This document shows, one piece after another, positions 9,034 through 18,830 of a stretch of 64,000 nucleotides of DNA. Within the stretch, counting starts at the first letter, position 1. Every line of letters begins with the position of its first letter. The DNA is from a virus: the IMG/VR virus record IMGVR_UViG_3300042402_007915, positions 1 through 64,000 of that record. One strand, 5' to 3'. The notes under the pieces are model-generated. The model was given only the letters and a program-made list of their open reading frames with translations, was not told where the DNA came from and did no database searches. The position numbers were made by a program, and so were the translations under genes.

Positions 9034-9521
9034 CTGCTCTCCTCTTGGATCCACTTTTGGAACTTGGGGTTGCTTCTAATACTTTCCCAATGCTCTACGA
9101 TCCATTCGTAGCCAGCATGGACTGGTTTACCGCCGTATTGGTAATAGTGCGTGAGTGGGAGCGTAGATTCGGCGAATACTTTTGCCATTGCTGGGTGCTG
9201 GAATAGCTTCAGCTTCATGGCGTGTTTGAATAGTTCCAAGCAGGGTTCGTCAGTGATATGGCGAACACGGTCACTTGGGTTGGCCTTGAAGTAGTTCTTA
9301 GCATCCCAAGGGGTGCATCTTACGAGCTTTGGCTTTGCTTCGTCGGATGCTTGGAGCCAGAACCAATAGTTCTCCATACTGCGGAACTTTACTCCGTCGA
9401 TTTCGACGGGAATCTCTGCGAGGTTGGAGAGCCATCTACCCAGGGTGGTTTGGCCCTTGGTGTAGATGTTGATGTGTGTGGTACCGTCTTCTAACGGCAC
9501 CCACTTATATGGTTCTGGCAT
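9030..9521 (-). CDS. NADAR (YbiA-like) family protein
   Basis: HINIYTKG..LGRWLSN, FRSMENYW, AMKLKLFQHP...ESTLPLTHYY, typical of phage NADARs. Confidence 0.8.
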   Translation of the reverse strand: MPEPYKWVPLEDGTTHINIYTKGQTTLGRWLSNLAEIPVEIDGVKFRSMENYWFWLQASDEAKPKLVRCTPWDAKNYFKANPSDRVRHITDEPCLELFKHAMKLKLFQHPAMAKVFAESTLPLTHYYQYGGKPVHAGYEWIVEHWESIRSNPKFQKWIQEESR

Positions 9522-9805
9522 TACTCGAATCGGAAGGTGACTGGAAGGATCGTCATCACGCTTGATTTGCTATTTTGAAACTCCCATTTAACGTTGCAGT
9601 GGTATACTTCTTTCAGGATTTTTCGTATTTCTTCTTCATGGGCTGAGTTGAACTTAAACGATACTGCGGTTACTTGTGAGATATTCCAGTCTGGATAGGC
9701 TTTCCCTCGAGCCAGCATTTGCTTGACCACATTTTCAGCATTTGCCTGGATAGTGATGGGGCCGCCACTCAGCGTGCCATTTCCATTCTGGTTTGCGATT
9801 GCCAT
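9521..9805 (-). CDS. hypothetical protein, paralogue of 9815..10102
   Basis: Shared GGxIxxQANAENVV...YxxWxI...YHC...FRF. Confidence 0.75.
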   Translation of the reverse strand: MAIANQNGNGTLSGGPITIQANAENVVKQMLARGKAYPDWNISQVTAVSFKFNSAHEEEIRKILKEVYHCNVKWEFQNSKSSVMTILPVTFRFE

Positions 9806-9814
9806 TCCGCCTCC

Positions 9815-10102
9815 TTACAGGAACCTGAAGAGTTTTGGGTGGACTGAGATTGTCGGGTATACTGGATCGTCAGCATACCTTTTCCCTCTACAGTGGTATT
9901 TCGCTTCGAGCATAGTCATGATATCTCCCTCTCGGGAGACATGGCAGGTAAAGGTGTTAACACCAGTCTTTTTGATTTTCCACTCTTGGTAGTGAAGGCC
10001 CAGAGCTACAATAGCATCTACTACGTTTTCGGCATTGGCTTGGGCGAAGATAGTGCCGCCCGTGATTCTGTGTGTGACGTCTTCGTTTTGGGCGGTTGCC
10101 AT
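9815..10102 (-). CDS. hypothetical protein, paralogue of 9521..9805
   Basis: Shared motif with its neighbour. Confidence 0.75.
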   Translation of the reverse strand: MATAQNEDVTHRITGGTIFAQANAENVVDAIVALGLHYQEWKIKKTGVNTFTCHVSREGDIMTMLEAKYHCRGKRYADDPVYPTISVHPKLFRFL

Positions 10103-10104
10103 GC

Positions 10105-10500
10105 TTACCTCGTGAAGATTGATGCGGCCAATTTAAACTCTTCTTGGGACAAGTTGAGGTTGTAGGTGTGGCCGGTTTCAATAAGTTGAATAAGTGCTTG
10201 CCGCTGCTTTCCTTCTGGAAAGTTCTTGGTCAGTGCTTTACACAAGCGCTTTTTGGTGCGCTTGGCACTTGTGAGAACGTCAATAAGGACAAGCACGATA
10301 ACTCGGCTTCGGTCTTCTGCTGTGATGGTAGAGAAGCGCCAGCGCTCCGGAGTGCTCCAGACGACCGAGTCTGCAATACGAACCGAAACCTCGTATTCTT
10401 GATTGGTTGCGATTTTTCCAATAAGGCCGTCATCTCGCATTACGCTGTAGTTGTCGAAGTGCCACTTTACGGGCAAGTCCTCGTAGCGTTCGAGTGGCAT
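10105..10500 (-). CDS. hypothetical protein
   Basis: 131-aa ORF tightly packed between neighbours. Confidence 0.7.
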   Translation of the reverse strand: MPLERYEDLPVKWHFDNYSVMRDDGLIGKIATNQEYEVSVRIADSVVWSTPERWRFSTITAEDRSRVIVLVLIDVLTSAKRTKKRLCKALTKNFPEGKQRQALIQLIETGHTYNLNLSQEEFKLAASIFTR

Positions 10501-10503
10501 ATC

Positions 10504-10722
10504 CTAACCTTCAATACACAGATGGGTGTAATATCCGCCACTAATCCCAGTGACTGTCTTGGTACCGGGAGGGCATGAATATGGGTCGCCTCCTTCGATA
10601 AGGAACCAGATCCAGGCAACGAGGCCGAGGATCAGTGCTGCGGTGAGAATGTAGCCAGTAATGTTACTGGCGCCGAACTTTGGCTTTGGGGCTTCGTAAA
10701 GCCTGGGTTCAAAGGGTTTCAT
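10504..10722 (-). CDS. small membrane protein
   Basis: One TM helix plus a C-terminal Cys pair. Confidence 0.65.
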   Translation of the reverse strand: MKPFEPRLYEAPKPKFGASNITGYILTAALILGLVAWIWFLIEGGDPYSCPPGTKTVTGISGGYYTHLCIEG

Positions 10723-10789
10723 GACTTTCCTTCTGGTGAAACAGACCCCACCAACGATTGTTGATAGGGTCTTGGGTTCATTTGGCTGA

Positions 10790-10879
10790 TTAGCGGGCGT
10801 ACCATGGGTAGAAGACCCACAACGCTGCCGCTGTCAGCGCTGCTGGGCCCACCATGTACACTACGAAGTCTTGCAACAT
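10790..10879 (-). CDS. 29-aa membrane peptide
   Basis: MLQDFVVYMVGPAALTAAALWVFYPWYAR; TAATG overlap with the upstream gene. Confidence 0.45.
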   Translation of the reverse strand: MLQDFVVYMVGPAALTAAALWVFYPWYAR

Positions 10880-11124
10880 TACTGGAAACCTGCCATTTTC
10901 ACTGTGAAAGCGATTGCAGTCCAATATGTGAGGTACGCGGCCAGGCCGGCGAAGGCGGTTGCCCAGAAGTTGAGCTGCGGCAGCAGCATATAGACGCTGC
11001 CGATAAAGATGGTGCAGCCCAAGGATTCCCACTGGCTGTATCCATCCAGGATTGCTATATCAACAATCCCGAGAATACTGAAGAGTGCCGCCGCCAGCAT
11101 GGTCTCTTTGGTTTGTTTTTGCAT
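10879..11124 (-). CDS. multi-TM membrane protein
   Basis: ATG 11124 (MQKQTKE); three hydrophobic segments. Confidence 0.6.
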   Translation of the reverse strand: MQKQTKETMLAAALFSILGIVDIAILDGYSQWESLGCTIFIGSVYMLLPQLNFWATAFAGLAAYLTYWTAIAFTVKMAGFQ

Positions 11125-11149
11125 TGCAGTTCTCTTTTGTGGAGGGTAA

Positions 11150-11421
11150 AGAAGCCCCGCCAACTCGCGTTGACGGGGCCCCTTTTTTCAACGGAACATT
11201 TTTTGTGATGCTCTCACTTTAGCGTCCCGGTAGGTCGAGAGCCGGCGCTTTAGTGAGCGTTTGCGACAGCGAATGTTTACAGCATTGGCTGACCGCCTCC
11301 TTAACGGCGTTATGTTAGAGGCCGCGGGATTTGGCATGACCAGAGAGTTATTCTCTGGTCCAGGCAGTGGAGGGACGGTGCTAAACCTATTCAGGTTCGC
11401 TCCTGGCTGCCTCCAAAGAAC
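11150..11421 (-). ncRNA. putative structured small RNA
   Basis: Lies between the hairpin element 11418-11438 and a terminator at ~11150-11180; several internal stems; no convincing RBS-led ORF. Confidence 0.35.
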
Positions 11422-11561
11422 CCAAGGCCCGAAGGGCCAAAGGGTAAGGACACGGTCCCGGGGAGGGGCAGTAATGGGACAAACACGGACAGGCTGGCTT
11501 TAAGCCAGCCCTTGCGATTGGGTTTGACCTTGAGGAAGAAAGAAGGGCCGCGCTTCTTGCG

Positions 11562-12311
11562 CTACCAGTTAGAGTAGGTTGGCTCTTTTGGCGGGGTGAT
11601 TGGCTTGGTGGGTAGACTGTAGTCTTGCTTTACCCGCCTATACTCAGGCATACATTTTCTACTATTTTCTTTGAGAGTCGACATGAAGTTTTCGCCAGCC
11701 TGTTGGAGACTGACAATCGCAGCATGTGTCTCTGCAGATGGCGTTACTTCGATTGAATGATTGGGTCCGTATGCCCAAGTAATACATTCTTCGAGGGGCT
11801 GACAGAACGCAGCTCTCCAGTTTTGCAACACTTCGCAGGCTTTCCAGTATGTTGGGCCGTGAAAGAATCTTGCGGATAGCATTGCAGTTATTTGCTCTTT
11901 GCTTGGCAGAGCTACGCCGAAGCGTCCTTCATCGAAGATGCCTTCGGGGTAATACCACGGGTCATCATCGTACTCGACGACTGGAGACCTTCCTGGAAGC
12001 CCTGCGACGGCCTCATCAATCTTCTTTAGGAGTTCGTTCAGGATCAGGTCTTCTTCCGGATCTGCCCCGAGGGTGAGTTCGGGGTGCTCTTTTTGAAGCT
12101 TTTGTATTGCTTCAAGAGCTTTGTCATTGTTTTTCAATAAACGGAAGCCCTCTCCGAACATTACTTGTCCTGGACGGATTTCTCTCCAGTAGCGGTACTC
12201 GTCAAGTTCCGCTCTTGTCTGGTCTTTTTGTTGCTGTAGGATGACAAGCTGAGATTTTGGGTCCACTTGAACCTCTTGCGAGCCTTGAGTGAGAATAATA
12301 GAGGCCGCCAC
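11562..12311 (-). CDS. hypothetical protein
   Basis: 249-aa ORF downstream of the hairpin element at 12331. Confidence 0.7.
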   Translation of the reverse strand: MAASIILTQGSQEVQVDPKSQLVILQQQKDQTRAELDEYRYWREIRPGQVMFGEGFRLLKNNDKALEAIQKLQKEHPELTLGADPEEDLILNELLKKIDEAVAGLPGRSPVVEYDDDPWYYPEGIFDEGRFGVALPSKEQITAMLSARFFHGPTYWKACEVLQNWRAAFCQPLEECITWAYGPNHSIEVTPSAETHAAIVSLQQAGENFMSTLKENSRKCMPEYRRVKQDYSLPTKPITPPKEPTYSNW

Positions 12312-12432
12312 TTATGTGCATACCTCCACGGAACCCAACCCCTGAAGGGGGTCGCCACTACTTTTCCTTTCGAGGTCATTTATTAAGAAACAAAGCCCCG
12401 CTAATCCAATGAAGGATTAACGGGACTTGGGA

Positions 12433-13005
12433 CTACCATGCGTCTACGACTTCGAACTCTGGATCTTCGCCGTCAACGATCTCGTTGAACGCCTGGACGT
12501 CTGCATCGAGCGGCTCTTGCAGGGAGGTCAGAATGCCCCGACGAATCAGGGCCTTGCTCAGCTCCTTCTTATAGACACCGTCGAACGGCAGCTGCCTAAG
12601 CATCCGCCAGATTTCGAGCGTGTCCAGCTCGAAACCGATGAGGTCTTTTTCGTGCTCCGCCAGCAAGAGCTTGAGCTCGTACTGCTCCCGGAACTCTCCC
12701 GGGACTTCATCGGGGCCCTGCAGGAAGTTCTCCAGGTCGTTTGCAACCTGGAAGAAGGTGATTCGGCAGAGCTGCTCCAAGCCGAGAATGTCCTCTTCGG
12801 AGAGGGCCTCGAACCAGGTGCTCGTTTCCTTGTGCCCACTGTAGTCGCCGGACCCGTAGATCCAGCTACCGAACAGGGCTGCTCCAGCAGCCCCAACGTG
12901 GGATTCGATGAACTTCCACACGCAGTCGGGCATGTTGGCCGGACGGTGGGACGGCGTGAAGGTCGGAGGGGACCAATCAGGCCCTGGGGCCTTGGTGTCG
13001 GACAT
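12433..13005 (-). CDS. acidic hypothetical protein
   Basis: GGAG RBS then ATG 13005 (MSDTKAPG); the upstream extension in the ORF track derives from repeats. Confidence 0.7.
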   Translation of the reverse strand: MSDTKAPGPDWSPPTFTPSHRPANMPDCVWKFIESHVGAAGAALFGSWIYGSGDYSGHKETSTWFEALSEEDILGLEQLCRITFFQVANDLENFLQGPDEVPGEFREQYELKLLLAEHEKDLIGFELDTLEIWRMLRQLPFDGVYKKELSKALIRRGILTSLQEPLDADVQAFNEIVDGEDPEFEVVDAW

Positions 13006-13199
13006 TGGATGCTCCATAATGAGGGAGGTATTCCCTACTTGTGAACTGACCTCACGAAGTGTAGAACGGTGACCTTGAGGAAGGATTTGAGATGGCGCGG
13101 TTTGTGTGCGTGAAGGCGCGGCCACCCTATTATTCTCTCGAGGTACCTTGTCCTCCTCATACCTAAACCAAACACCTATTAATAAACTAATCCAATAGA

Positions 13200-13360
13200 A
13201 TTGGAATGGGAATGGGATAATGGGAAGGAGTGGGATGGAACTGCAATGGGATAATACCTGGAAAGGAACTGGGATAAGACTGCAATGGGATAAGGGGAAG
13301 GAACTGGGATAAACTGTAATGGGATAACTGCAATGGGATAAACTGCAATGGGATAATACC
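13200..13360. repeat. iteron-like direct repeats ACTGYAATGGGATAA / TGGGATAA (candidate origin)
   Basis: Five 15-mers (13240, 13279, 13313, 13327, 13342) and about eight TGGGATAA cores in a ~1.2-kb non-coding tract. Confidence 0.75.
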
Positions 13361-14236
13361 TGGTCCTCTCCACAAACATATAATATTAACAACTAACCCC
13401 TCGCACACGTACTTCTCACTTATCTCTCACTACACTCTCACTTAGGTCTGAACATCTAACTCTCTCAAGGTATATGTGTTTGGTTACTATGTTTGGTTTA
13501 GTTTGAATATTTATACCCCTGGGGTCCGGGGGTTGAAGTACCTTGTTTGGTTGATAGGTAATCCGTTTTTTCTCGGGTTTAGAGTTTTGGTTGGTGTTGG
13601 GACCCTGGGGGTTAGTGTATTTATTGACCTTGAGACATAAAGAGGTGGCGCGAACCCTCTCACGACACCCGAATCCCAGTTCCTAAACCTCTCCAGGTTC
13701 ACATTTCAGTATCATTTCGGTGACAGATTTGTGACAGCACTGTCCGGAAGGACTGATTATTTTATTCTTTCTCTTATGCAAGAAACACTTATACCCCGCA
13801 GGTCTTATCTGCAGGGTCCGATTCCAGTTTTGCTGGTCCTAAGTATCTATCTCTACCCTTCACTAATGAGTTTCGTGCTGGTTCATCCCCTCTAAGGATC
13901 TCCAGTTCACCATACATGCATTGTAGGATTGGTGTCTGATAGTTTTGACAGTTAGGTTGGTATGAAAGATTTGGGTTATTGTGTATTCCAGTGCAGATGT
14001 TCTCCAACTCGGGAGTAGTCCGGGAGAGGAACCAATAACCGATCCGGGTTTGTTTATAGCATTGTCCTTGAGAGAAAGATAGATGGCGCGGCTCTTTCAT
14101 GACTATCCTATTTCCAAGAACAGGACTGCTTGTGCGGAGTAAGGCGGCCCCTTCTATTTCCACTCAAGGTAAACTCGCAAGAGAAACATAAGACCGCCAC
14201 CTGGTTTGGTGACGGTCTCTCAGTACAGGTTGATCT

Positions 14237-14722
14237 TCAGCACCGGGGCAGCTCTGTCCACCCAAAGTGAAGGATGTAGGGCTCGCCTCCCTTCACTGTG
14301 AGCTTGACGTGGTTTCTGAATCCCGGTGTGTCCGGCAAGTTCCCGGACATCTCAAACACCAGGTTCATCTTCTCCAGCTCTTCCAGGGGGAGGCCAAGAA
14401 AGGAGAACAGCTCGACTCTTCCTGCGAAGATGTCCCAGACCTCCGCCGCCTGAACGCAGCAGGGAAAGGCCTCGAGGCTGAACACCCCGAAGTGGGGAGG
14501 ATCCTCCTCGAAGACGGACGCGGCCATGGCGTCCACCTCCTCTTGCTCGCCCTGGGACTCGTAGGGCTCCCAGGAGCCTCCCAGTTCCGGCCTCTCGTAG
14601 ATGATCGAGGGGCTGTACGGGGGTTTGCACAGGAAGGCCCGGATCATTGCCAGGCCCCTGTAACCGGTAACGGTACGGGACTTGAGTCCCGGGACCACCA
14701 AGTGGTAAGTGTTTTGGTTCAT
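14237..14722 (-). CDS. hypothetical protein
   Basis: AAGGAGG RBS; downstream of the hairpin element 14737-14757. Confidence 0.75.
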   Translation of the reverse strand: MNQNTYHLVVPGLKSRTVTGYRGLAMIRAFLCKPPYSPSIIYERPELGGSWEPYESQGEQEEVDAMAASVFEEDPPHFGVFSLEAFPCCVQAAEVWDIFAGRVELFSFLGLPLEELEKMNLVFEMSGNLPDTPGFRNHVKLTVKGGEPYILHFGWTELPRC

Positions 14723-14736
14723 GAACACCTCCTTGG

Positions 14737-14801
14737 GAACTTAAGTCCCGAAGGGATTTGTTTGTTTATTTATTTACCTTGAGGAAGAATAGGGTGGCGC
14801 C
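14737..14801 (-). promoter_or_regulatory. composite element: GAA-triloop hairpin plus CCTTGAG-N12-GGCGCC box
   Basis: GAAC TTAA GTCCC GAA GGGAT, followed ~20 bp later by CCTTGAG GAAGAATAGGGT GGCGCC; the pairing recurs at 13043, 15389, 16370 and 18220. Confidence 0.6.
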
Positions 14802-15159
14802 CATTCGTCAGCCAGTCAAGCCGGCGGAGTCATACCCGCGTAAGGGCCGCCCCTCTATTTATCCCTCCAGGTAAACCCAGCCAGTCAAGCTCGGGCCAAA
14901 CCCCTCCAGTCAAACCCAGGAAGGGATGGGGCCGAAGCTGCACACAGGCCAGGCCACCACAGGCCTGGCCCGGAGCCGACCGAACTGAGTGGTAACTCAG
15001 GGAACGCACCAACCCGAAGGGTTAGGTTGAAGTAGGCCTGGTCTGGGGATTGTAACCCAGGAACGCACAGGGCCTTGAGATAAGGGTGGGGTGACTATTT
15101 ATCGGGAACTAAACTCCCCCGGCTTCTATGCAACGAAGCGTGCCACCCTATTTATTTAC

Positions 15160-15392
15160 GAAACAAGAGCCCCCGACATGCCGGGGGCTCAAGGAGACTT
15201 TTTAACGCAAGACGTCCTCACCCAATGGGCTCGGTCTTAGCGGACCTGGCTTGCTCAAGGCCAGGAACATTTTCTTCGAAGCCGGCCGGGACATCCCACC
15301 GGGTGACTTCGCGAGGGCAGCTGCACTCTATGAGCGCCGCACTTTCCCCGCAGAGGTGACCAGCACTCGTCAGTGGTGGTTCTCCAAGGAAC
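15160..15392 (-). ncRNA. putative structured small RNA
   Basis: Starts at the hairpin element 15389-15408 and ends at the terminator GAGCCCCCGGCATGTCGGGGGCTC-TTGTTT; GC-rich stems, no RBS-led ORF. Confidence 0.35.
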
Positions 15393-15500
15393 ACAAACCC
15401 CGAAGGGGAAACAGGCCCTTGAGGAAGGAATAGTTGGCGCCGCTTAGAGTGAGTATTTATAAGAGAAACAAAGCCCCGCCACATGGGGCGGGGCGTAGGC

Positions 15501-16277
15501 TCAGCGGCGGGCCTGGGGCATGGGCCGGCCCAGGAGGCCGGCCAAGACCTCCTCCTGGCGGTCGTAGGCGGTGCAGGCCGCCTTGGCCCGCTTGACGTTC
15601 GCCTTCCGGCGAACGCTCTGGGCCTGGAAGGCCACGATGGCCTCCCAGTCGAGGCCGAGGGAGTCGCAGTCTGCCTGAGCGAGGCCGTCCTGCGCCGCCA
15701 TGGCGGCGCAGTGCGCGAGCCACAAGTCGTACGAATGCCGCCCCTCCGCTTCGGCGGCGCGGTGGGCGGCGATGGTGGTCTCGAGCCTGTCCACCCAGGC
15801 CTCGGAGGCCAAAGCGCCCGCGAGGGCCAGGACCTTCCCGTGGACGGCGACCACGGTTTGGACCTTGCGGCCACCCACGACGTCGTTCAGCCAGCCCTTC
15901 TCGGGCTCGGCGCGAACGATAACGAGGAGGCCTCCTTCCAGAACGGCGTAGACCGTCCGGTTGGTGCACGTCCGATGGACCAGGCGCTCGCCGGGCAGGG
16001 GGCTGACGATGCCCCCGTGGATGGTGTCGGAGGGGGGGCAGGCCTTCGCGAGCCCGTTCCGCCAGAGGCGGTAGTCTTCCCCGCTCCAGGCGGGAAAGGA
16101 CGCAGCCTGGGCGTCGACCGCCCAGGCGTGCTGGCGCCGCAGCGCCTCCTTCTGGAAGAGCTGGAACTCGGCGGGGGAGCAAGCGCCCGCTTGCACGGCG
16201 ACCCGGTCGAGGGCCTGCTCCGCCTCAGCCATAGTGAGGGTGGCGAGGCTGTTCACGAACACGGAAAGGTTGAACAT
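15501..16277 (-). CDS. hypothetical protein
   Basis: 258 aa, GGGAG RBS, GC-rich codons, terminator-like hairpin downstream. Confidence 0.75.
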   Translation of the reverse strand: MFNLSVFVNSLATLTMAEAEQALDRVAVQAGACSPAEFQLFQKEALRRQHAWAVDAQAASFPAWSGEDYRLWRNGLAKACPPSDTIHGGIVSPLPGERLVHRTCTNRTVYAVLEGGLLVIVRAEPEKGWLNDVVGGRKVQTVVAVHGKVLALAGALASEAWVDRLETTIAAHRAAEAEGRHSYDLWLAHCAAMAAQDGLAQADCDSLGLDWEAIVAFQAQSVRRKANVKRAKAACTAYDRQEEVLAGLLGRPMPQARR

Positions 16278-16488
16278 GTTGACTCCCGGTCGGTCTTACC
16301 AGCCGTGCGAATGTGGCACTACACTCCAGTACAACACTGGGATGTAGTTGGTCCGGTAAGACTCTCCATGAACCTACACTCCGAAGGAGAAACATTTGCC
16401 CTTGAGAGATGATTGGGGATTAGAGGTGGCGCCGACTTGTTGAGTGAGTATTTATTGAGGAAACAAAGGCCCGCCGAAGCGGGCCAGG

Positions 16489-16713
16489 CTACCCTTGGAG
16501 CCATTTCGTGTCCACCCCGTCGGGGATGGGCACGTTGGAAGGCCACCGCCCTTCATGGACAACAACATCTTCGGCTATGTAGCGAGCCTCCCATACACTA
16601 TTCTGGGAGACTTCGTCCTGGACAACATCCAGGACGGCTTCGAGCTGGTTTCTACTAACCAGCCAGGGCTCTTTGATGGCCCTGTCAATCAGGGCCTTCT
16701 GTTCTGGTGACAT
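16489..16713 (-). CDS. hypothetical protein
   Basis: GGAGG RBS; bounded by the hairpin element at 16729 and a UUCG terminator. Confidence 0.7.
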   Translation of the reverse strand: MSPEQKALIDRAIKEPWLVSRNQLEAVLDVVQDEVSQNSVWEARYIAEDVVVHEGRWPSNVPIPDGVDTKWLQG

Positions 16714-17093
16714 CCTTGCACCTCCGAGGAATAGAACTCCCGAAGGGCATATTTATTGGGGGAAACAAAGGCCCGCCGAAGCGGGCCGGGCTACGGGAGG
16801 AACAGGGCCACCTCGAAGAGGGCGCGCCACCTATTTTCCCTCAAGGGCACAACGATTATTTATCAAGAAGAAACAAGAGCCCCTCCAATCCATTTAAGGA
16901 CAGAGGGACTCTCATAAAGACAGAGGGCCACAAGCCCTCCATCCCCGTTTACGACTGCTCCAAGGTTACCCTTGTGAGTCGAGCGATTCACGCTCACCCA
17001 TGCAGTACGGCTCTGCATGGGATTAGGAGATTGAGGAGGCCCAGTCGCCTGGGCTCCCTCCTCCGTCACCGAACCAAACCCCCCGAAGGGGGA

Positions 17094-17279
17094 TTAACGA
17101 GTGGCCTGGCTACGCAACCAGGCCACTTTTCCGCTCGCCGCGTGGGCAATACCCCGGGCCTTTTTCAGCCACGGGGAGTTCTTTTTCCAGCGGGGGGTAG
17201 CCCGCTTGGCAGCGTAATAGTACTGCCAGGCCCTCCACTCCGCGCTGAGGGCGTTCTCGAGCTCCTCTTCCAGGTCCAT
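17094..17279 (-). CDS. small Trp/basic hypothetical protein
   Basis: GGAGG RBS, ATG 17279. Confidence 0.6.
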   Translation of the reverse strand: MDLEEELENALSAEWRAWQYYYAAKRATPRWKKNSPWLKKARGIAHAASGKVAWLRSQATR

Positions 17280-17427
17280 GGTCACCTCCAAAGAAACCTT
17301 CAGAACTTAATCCTGAAGGGAGCGCGGAGTGCTGATAATGGCGGCCACCTCTTTATTCTCCTCAAGGGCCCATTATTTATAACAAGAAACAAACCCCGCC
17401 CACCAATGAAGGTGAACGGGGCTGGGA

Positions 17428-18162
17428 CTACCAGGTGACGTGGCCGAAGCCAAGGTTCAACATCCAGGGGTCGGGCTCGACGAGCCGGCGGACCGGCCCT
17501 TCGGGGGGAGCAGGCACTTTTGCCCACTCCATGACCTCGAAGTCGGCTGGCGTGAGGCTGGCGATGCGGGCCTCGGCCTCTTCGGCTTTGGCCTCCAGTC
17601 CCGGAATCTTGACCTGGTACCAGGCCAAGAGATCAACGGCGCGTTCGTCGGCCTGAGAGGCGTACTTGGTCCCGGTGGTCCCGGGAGGCCATTCGAGAGT
17701 GGCCCACCCCGAATCCCGGCCCCGGGGCTTGTGGTGGATTACCACCTTGGTCCCCTTGGGCCACCAGCCCAAGAGGTCACCCTCGGCGTCCTGGACCACC
17801 CCGCCCACGAGACGGACTGGGGTGTCCTCCGCCAGGACGTGGTCGTGGCAGAGGCGAGCCGGGATGTGGGCCGCCGGGAGGTGCGCGTTGCGCACCTCCA
17901 CCTGGACCGCCCGTGCTTCGGCTTCGGCGGCCCGGGCTTCGACTTCCGGAAGGAGGCCCTTGAGGTGGGCCGCCTCCTTCCGCCAGTCTTCAACGTTGAC
18001 CAGGTCGCTCTGAGCGGCGTGCAGCCGCCCCTGCACCGGCCACAAGTACCCTTTGCCCTCGTCACCGTACCCGACGAAGAGGTGGGGGACAGGATCCACC
18101 ATCCGGGGGATGATGGGGGTCTCGGAGATCACGTAACCGTACTTCCAGCAACGATAGAACAT
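17428..18162 (-). CDS. hypothetical protein
   Basis: GGAGG RBS, ATG 18162 (MFYRCWK); GC-rich codons. Confidence 0.75.
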   Translation of the reverse strand: MFYRCWKYGYVISETPIIPRMVDPVPHLFVGYGDEGKGYLWPVQGRLHAAQSDLVNVEDWRKEAAHLKGLLPEVEARAAEAEARAVQVEVRNAHLPAAHIPARLCHDHVLAEDTPVRLVGGVVQDAEGDLLGWWPKGTKVVIHHKPRGRDSGWATLEWPPGTTGTKYASQADERAVDLLAWYQVKIPGLEAKAEEAEARIASLTPADFEVMEWAKVPAPPEGPVRRLVEPDPWMLNLGFGHVTW

Positions 18163-18830
18163 AATAACCTCCACAGGACTTGCAGAGCCTGGTCTATCCA
18201 GGATGCAGTCCCTATCAATGAATCCACATCACGAAGTGTACAACATTAGTAGTGTTGTATAGTTTGGCCCTTGAGAGAATGAATGGCCGCGAGCTTCGTG
18301 TGAGCGGAGTTGGTTTGGAGTGGGGATTTGGGTGGCATCAACAAAGCGGCGGCTATCCTATTTCTCTCAAGGTAACAAAGAAGAGAAGACCCCTCTAACA
18401 TTTAAGTCAGAGGAGTCATGGTGAATACGCTTAAAGGGGAACCACCCCTACCAAACTAATCCCCTAAGCGCTGGGGAAGAAAGGAGATGAACTAACATAG
18501 CCTGGCCGCACCAAAGAGGGTACTAACATGACTTATCAACCACCAAGCACCAGGCCATGAAAGTCCAATCCCAACGAACAGAAACCCCCGAAGGGGAACA
18601 AAGGAAAGAACCTTGAGTGGGAAAGGGGAAGGATACCCACCTCAAAGCCAAACCCATCAACCCAAACAAGCCACAACGTCCAAGCGGAGTGCGCGTGGCA
18701 CACTGGGTCTGCCCTTGACTCGGAGTCCGGCGGAGTAACAAGAAATTAAAATAAAAAGGGGCCCCATTTCTGGAGCCCCTCCCAGGCAGTTAAGCCCGGC
18801 ACCCCCTACGCATTGTAGAGGGTGTTCGAA

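Noticed and set aside
13200-13360. CRISPR array
   Set aside because: The repeats are short, adjacent and irregular, with no unique ~30-nt spacers, and no cas genes are present
13006-13408. N-terminal extension of ORF 12433..13392 and overlapping short ORFs
   Set aside because: The translation (LSHCS repeats) only reflects the DNA repeats; a good RBS and ATG exist at 13005
15335-15375. Hammerhead ribozyme (CTGACGA...GAAA on the minus strand)
   Set aside because: Stem II does not close directly on GAAA, and no stem I/III with a cleavage triplet could be built
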